From Xenococcaceae cyanobacterium (GTDB taxonomy: Bacteria > Cyanobacteriota > Cyanobacteriia > Cyanobacteriales > Xenococcaceae), in contig JBOFLQ010000213.1 in NCBI GenBank assembly GCA_051657945.1, positions 1-40,000 of the forward strand: a stretch of 40,000 nt of DNA, given 5' to 3'. Made by a program: the position numbers and the translations under genes. Numbering within the stretch: position 1 is the stretch's first letter; every line of letters starts with the position of its first letter. Below the pieces are notes generated by a model. The model worked only from the letters and a program-made list of their open reading frames with translations, was not told where the DNA came from and did not search any database. Positions 36,391 to 40,000 of the stretch are shown piece by piece.

Positions 36391-37941
36391 CTATTTTATG
36401 GCGATCGCTTGCAGCATTTGTAAATGTTTTTCTACAGATACCAGAGTATTAGCTGCGATCGTACCGCTAGCGGCGACTGCTGGCAAACCAATTCCAGGAA
36501 ACGTAGAATCCCCACAACAAAACAATCCTGGTAGGGGTGTGGTTGCGCCTGGAAACAATTGTTTGCCCGCTCGAATAGCTGGGCCATAAGAACCGTGATG
36601 ACGGCGTAGAAAGCATTTGTGAGTTAAAGGCGTGCCTATCAAAGTAACTTCACAACGAGAACGAATATCGGGAATAATCCGTTCTAGGGCTTGCCACATC
36701 ACTTCGGCGCGCTGTTGTTTTTGTCGGGCATATTCTTCGCTGCGGCGCTCGAGATTTTGCCAGAGATGATATGGTTCGTTACCTGGTGTATAAACGTGTA
36801 TGACATGTTTTCCAGCAGGTGCTAGAGAAGAATCTAAAACTGAAGGAATGGAAACGACAATGACATTTTGCGGCGTGCTAATACCCAGATTCCAATCATT
36901 GACGACAATATAATGACAAGCTAAATCCTCTCTAATTCCCCCCGCGTCGATGCCCAAATGCAGATGCATAAAACTATCGCATTCGGGAGTGTCTTGACGT
37001 TGTTTTCGATATCTTTGCAGTAATGAAGAATCTGGTAACAATTTAAGCGTATCCCAAACAGAAGCATTGGAAACGACTGCTTGTTTTGCTCTAATTTCTT
37101 TGCCATTAGTCAAACTTACACCGACAGCGCGATCGTTCTCGATTAAAACTTTTTCTACATGTGCATTTAACAGCAATTCACCGCCATATTTTTTTAATCC
37201 TCTTAGCAAAGCATCAACCATAGCGCCGCTACCGCCGATGGGATAATCTAATTTAACCCCAGGACGATACCAGTCAGCAAACATAAACGCTACTTCAGCG
37301 GCAATAGTAGCATCTGCTGGCAGTCCAGAAAGCAAAAAACAAAGTAGATCTAACCAATTACGAATAAAAGGATCGCGAATAACACCATCCATAATTGCAG
37401 AAAATGGTTGCGTCAGTCTAATAGAATTAAATCCATGAGGCAAAAAAGATGGTATAAACTTGCCTACCGTAAAAAAAGCACCCAAATCTAAACGTATAGC
37501 TGCTGGTGGTAAAGCGATCGCTGCTGCGGAGAGAGGTTTCATAATGCGCTGAAGTTCGCGCCATTCGTTAACAGCAGTTTGACCGCGTAATTTCGCCAAA
37601 ACATCGCAAAATTGGTCTGAACCAACTGAAGTATCTATATTTCCTTCGGGCAAACAACAACCCCAAGTATCGTAATGAACGCAAGGTATTTGTTCGTCGA
37701 TCGCGTCTAGTACATGTTTGAGTGGATTGGCAGAAGGGCTATAGGATAGACCAGAATAAAGAGAAGGGCCAGAATCAAATTTATAACCGTTGCGATCGAA
37801 ACTATGTGCCGCACCTCCAGCAATAGAGTGACTCTCGCAGACGATTACTTTGACTCCGTAGCTTGCTAGTAATGCCGCACAGCTTAACCCACCAATGCCG
37901 CTACCGATAACAACTACATCTGTTTGGATTTTTTCTGTCAT
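36391..37941 (-). CDS. Phytoene-desaturase-family FAD-dependent oxidoreductase (CrtISO/CrtH-like)
   Basis: Rossmann N-terminus 'DVVVIGSGIGGLSCAALLASYG.KV.V.ESH..AGG' and C-terminal 'CGDSTFPGIGLPAVAASG'. The exact activity is not inferable. Confidence 0.8.
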   Translation of the reverse strand: MTEKIQTDVVVIGSGIGGLSCAALLASYGVKVIVCESHSIAGGAAHSFDRNGYKFDSGPSLYSGLSYSPSANPLKHVLDAIDEQIPCVHYDTWGCCLPEGNIDTSVGSDQFCDVLAKLRGQTAVNEWRELQRIMKPLSAAAIALPPAAIRLDLGAFFTVGKFIPSFLPHGFNSIRLTQPFSAIMDGVIRDPFIRNWLDLLCFLLSGLPADATIAAEVAFMFADWYRPGVKLDYPIGGSGAMVDALLRGLKKYGGELLLNAHVEKVLIENDRAVGVSLTNGKEIRAKQAVVSNASVWDTLKLLPDSSLLQRYRKQRQDTPECDSFMHLHLGIDAGGIREDLACHYIVVNDWNLGISTPQNVIVVSIPSVLDSSLAPAGKHVIHVYTPGNEPYHLWQNLERRSEEYARQKQQRAEVMWQALERIIPDIRSRCEVTLIGTPLTHKCFLRRHHGSYGPAIRAGKQLFPGATTPLPGLFCCGDSTFPGIGLPAVAASGTIAANTLVSVEKHLQMLQAIAIK

Positions 37942-38080
37942 TTCTTCAAACGCCTTCGGAATAGGAATAGGAAGTAGGGAACAGTTCGATCGAGCTTTTG
38001 GCTGTTTTAAATTTTCCCTTGTTCCTCAAAAACTTGTTATTTTCTAAGAATATTTGGCTTTCATTCTAAAAACTCAAGAC

Positions 38081-38109
38081 AAAAAAAGAGCTGCCATGCT
38101 CTTTTTTTG
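38081..38109 (-). terminator. Rho-independent (bidirectional) terminator
   Basis: 'aaaaaaagagc tgccat gctcttttttt': the stem is flanked by A7 and T7, and it lies 35 nt downstream of the minus-strand gene ending at 38144. Confidence 0.7.
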
Positions 38110-38143
38110 CAATTATTTAAATCTTCGATCTTGTTGTTTACAA

Positions 38144-38536
38144 TTAAAAATTGAAAGCATCTAAATCTAAAGCTTTAGAACCACCTTTTTCCAACTGTTT
38201 TAAAACTTGAATTAATTGCGACCAAACTAAACCTGCAGTAAAAATAGTTAGAGGAAGAGCGATCGCAAAAGCAAATAAAGATTCTACGTTAAAAATTTCC
38301 AAACCACCTGCAAGAAAAATCCAAATTCCCAAACAAATTCCCCAAAACGGAATAACAAAACTAGTATCTTGGATTTTATCTAATTGATATTTGACTGGAT
38401 TCTTAGACCAAGCATAAACTCTTTGTCTGAGAATAGCTTCAAACGACAATCCACAAGCAATCCCGATAAACAATCCGAAAACCAATATTAAAAACGGGGG
38501 TTGCGGAATGTAATAATTTATTTGATAGTAATCCAT
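38144..38536 (-). CDS. Hypothetical integral membrane protein (130 aa)
   Basis: Three to four hydrophobic segments. It lies 39 nt downstream of the ABC1 kinase gene on the same strand. Confidence 0.55.
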   Translation of the reverse strand: MDYYQINYYIPQPPFLILVFGLFIGIACGLSFEAILRQRVYAWSKNPVKYQLDKIQDTSFVIPFWGICLGIWIFLAGGLEIFNVESLFAFAIALPLTIFTAGLVWSQLIQVLKQLEKGGSKALDLDAFNF

Positions 38537-38575
38537 GCGACTAGCAGTAAAATGAGAAATAGATATTTAATCAAT

Positions 38576-40000
38576 CTACCGCGAAATAGTAGTAACAGGA
38601 ATAATTGCTGCTACTCTTTCTGCTGAAATTTTTCGAAAAGTACTCAGGGCTAAATCGAAAATTCTCTTCGGTTTCAAGTCGTCTTCAATCAAACTCCAAA
38701 GGCGTTTAACCTCCTCGGTGTGCAATCTCTCGTCTTCGGTTAAAGCTAACAGTAACTGACGACTCAAAAATTGACCTTCTTCAGAAAAAAGAAATTGCAA
38801 ACCAAGTTGTGCAGTTGGTAAAAGATCGAATTTCTCATCCGATCGAGCGATCGCGATCATGTTTTCCAATCTTTGCCATTGGAATTTGCCATTTTTAAAT
38901 AAAACTTCCAGCAAGCGTCTTCGCATTTGCGGTGATTCGCCTGTTAACAGCCTTCTGGCAATATAAGGATAGGAAACTTCAACAATGCGGAAATTTGAGT
39001 TTAAATTGAGAGCTAAGCCTTCCTGTACGATCAACGAACGAATGATCAGGGCAAATTTAGCCGGAACGCGGAAAGGATAGTCATACATTAACTCCGAAAA
39101 TTCATCTGTGATGGTTTTAAAGTTAAAGTCGCCAACACTCTCACCGATCGCATTGCCCAATACTTGTTCTAAGGCAGGAATAATCGGTTTTATATCGGTT
39201 TTGGGAGTTAAAAAGCCGAGTTTGACAAAATCTTTAGCTAAAGCATCGTAATCGCGATTGATTAATTCGACTACTGCACTAACTAAAGTCTCTTTGGTTT
39301 CTTCTTCGAGCTGATCCATCATGCCAAAGTCGATGTATGCCATTCGCCCGTCAGGAGTGGCAAATAAGTTACCAGGATGGGGATCGGCATGGAAAAAACC
39401 AAATTCTAGTAACTGTCGCAATCCTGAAGTTACGCCAATTCTAATCAGGCGATCGAGATCTAAACCAGCAGCTTGAATTTTTTCTGTATCGTTGAGTTTA
39501 AATCCGTCAATCCACTCTAAAGTTAAAACTCGACTGTTAGTATACGACCAGTAGATGGCGGGAACTTTTACTTCGGGATCGCCAGCAAAGTTGACAGCAA
39601 ATTTTTCTGCGTTTTTTGCCTCGTTAATATAATCGATTTCTTCAAAGAGTTTATTACCAAACTCATCTACAATAAGAGTCAGATCGTGTCCCAAATTAAG
39701 CGGCAACCAAGGCGAAAACCAACTAGCAGCCCAACGCATTAAATACAGATCGAGCGATAGCAAGGGGCGCAAATTGGGGCGTTGCACTTTAACGGCAACT
39801 TCTTCACCACTATATAAAAAGGCTCGATAGACTTGACCCAAACTAGCAGCAGCGACTGGATGAGGCGAAATTTCTCGATATGCTTCATCAACACTGCATT
39901 CTAATTGCTGTTCGATGATGTTGAAAGCTGTCTCGTTATCAAACGGCGGTAATTGGTCTTGTAGCTTGATTAATTCGTTGAGGAAACTTTTGCGAATTAG
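38576..40000 (-). CDS. ABC1/UbiB-family atypical kinase (5' end outside window)
   Basis: 'AAASLGQVYRA...EEVAVKVQRP', 'FFHADPHPGNL' and 'IDFGMM'. The frame stays open upstream of the ORF-track start at 39841, through to base 40000. Confidence 0.88.
   Translation of the reverse strand, partial: LIRKSFLNELIKLQDQLPPFDNETAFNIIEQQLECSVDEAYREISPHPVAAASLGQVYRAFLYSGEEVAVKVQRPNLRPLLSLDLYLMRWAASWFSPWLPLNLGHDLTLIVDEFGNKLFEEIDYINEAKNAEKFAVNFAGDPEVKVPAIYWSYTNSRVLTLEWIDGFKLNDTEKIQAAGLDLDRLIRIGVTSGLRQLLEFGFFHADPHPGNLFATPDGRMAYIDFGMMDQLEEETKETLVSAVVELINRDYDALAKDFVKLGFLTPKTDIKPIIPALEQVLGNAIGESVGDFNFKTITDEFSELMYDYPFRVPAKFALIIRSLIVQEGLALNLNSNFRIVEVSYPYIARRLLTGESPQMRRRLLEVLFKNGKFQWQRLENMIAIARSDEKFDLLPTAQLGLQFLFSEEGQFLSRQLLLALTEDERLHTEEVKRLWSLIEDDLKPKRIFDLALSTFRKISAERVAAIIPVTTISR

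Overview
The window looks like a cyanobacterial chromosomal segment. The HIP1 octamer GCGATCGC recurs throughout, and most intergenic spacers carry heptameric STRR-type tandem repeats. I did not recognise any rRNA, tRNA or CRISPR array.

About 34 protein genes are supported, most of them housekeeping:
- Lipid and envelope: cdsA, plsX-fabH, an LPLAT-type acyltransferase, a PBP4-type DD-peptidase, exoD.
- Metabolism and photosynthesis: cbiT, a PLP-dependent Orn/Lys/Arg decarboxylase, folD, glgP, psaE, a CrtISO-like FAD oxidoreductase.
- Other: ychF, an isolated pstB, an ABC1 kinase (5' end outside the window).
- Regulators: two OmpR-type response regulators (one with its histidine kinase) and a BlaI/BlaR1-type repressor/protease pair.

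Accessory or unusual content, in rough order of interest:
1. A non-coding tandem array with an exact 129-bp period (12175-14118). Two hairpin modules alternate along it. I cannot assign it to any feature class I know.
2. A tnpB-only IS200/IS605-family element (12550-13888) inserted 3' of TTAC inside that array. Its empty site can be reconstructed, and the tnpB frame has no stop codon before the element end.
3. A three-gene mycosporine-like amino acid cluster, mysA-mysB-mysC, with no fourth ligase gene. It sits behind a 1.1-kb non-coding region and has STRR repeats inside the operon.
4. A TpsA/FHA-type beta-helix exoprotein gene with a 16-nt tandem duplication read in two frames. Its family-typical C-terminal tail is out of frame, and no TpsB partner is nearby.
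5. A response-regulator gene whose N-terminus can only be completed by a -1 shift on an A10 tract.
6. A psaE gene with a roughly 60-aa low-complexity C-terminal extension.
7. A degraded tnpB relic that abuts a dispersed copy of one of the array hairpins.

All protein family assignments come from motif recognition by eye. No database search was run.
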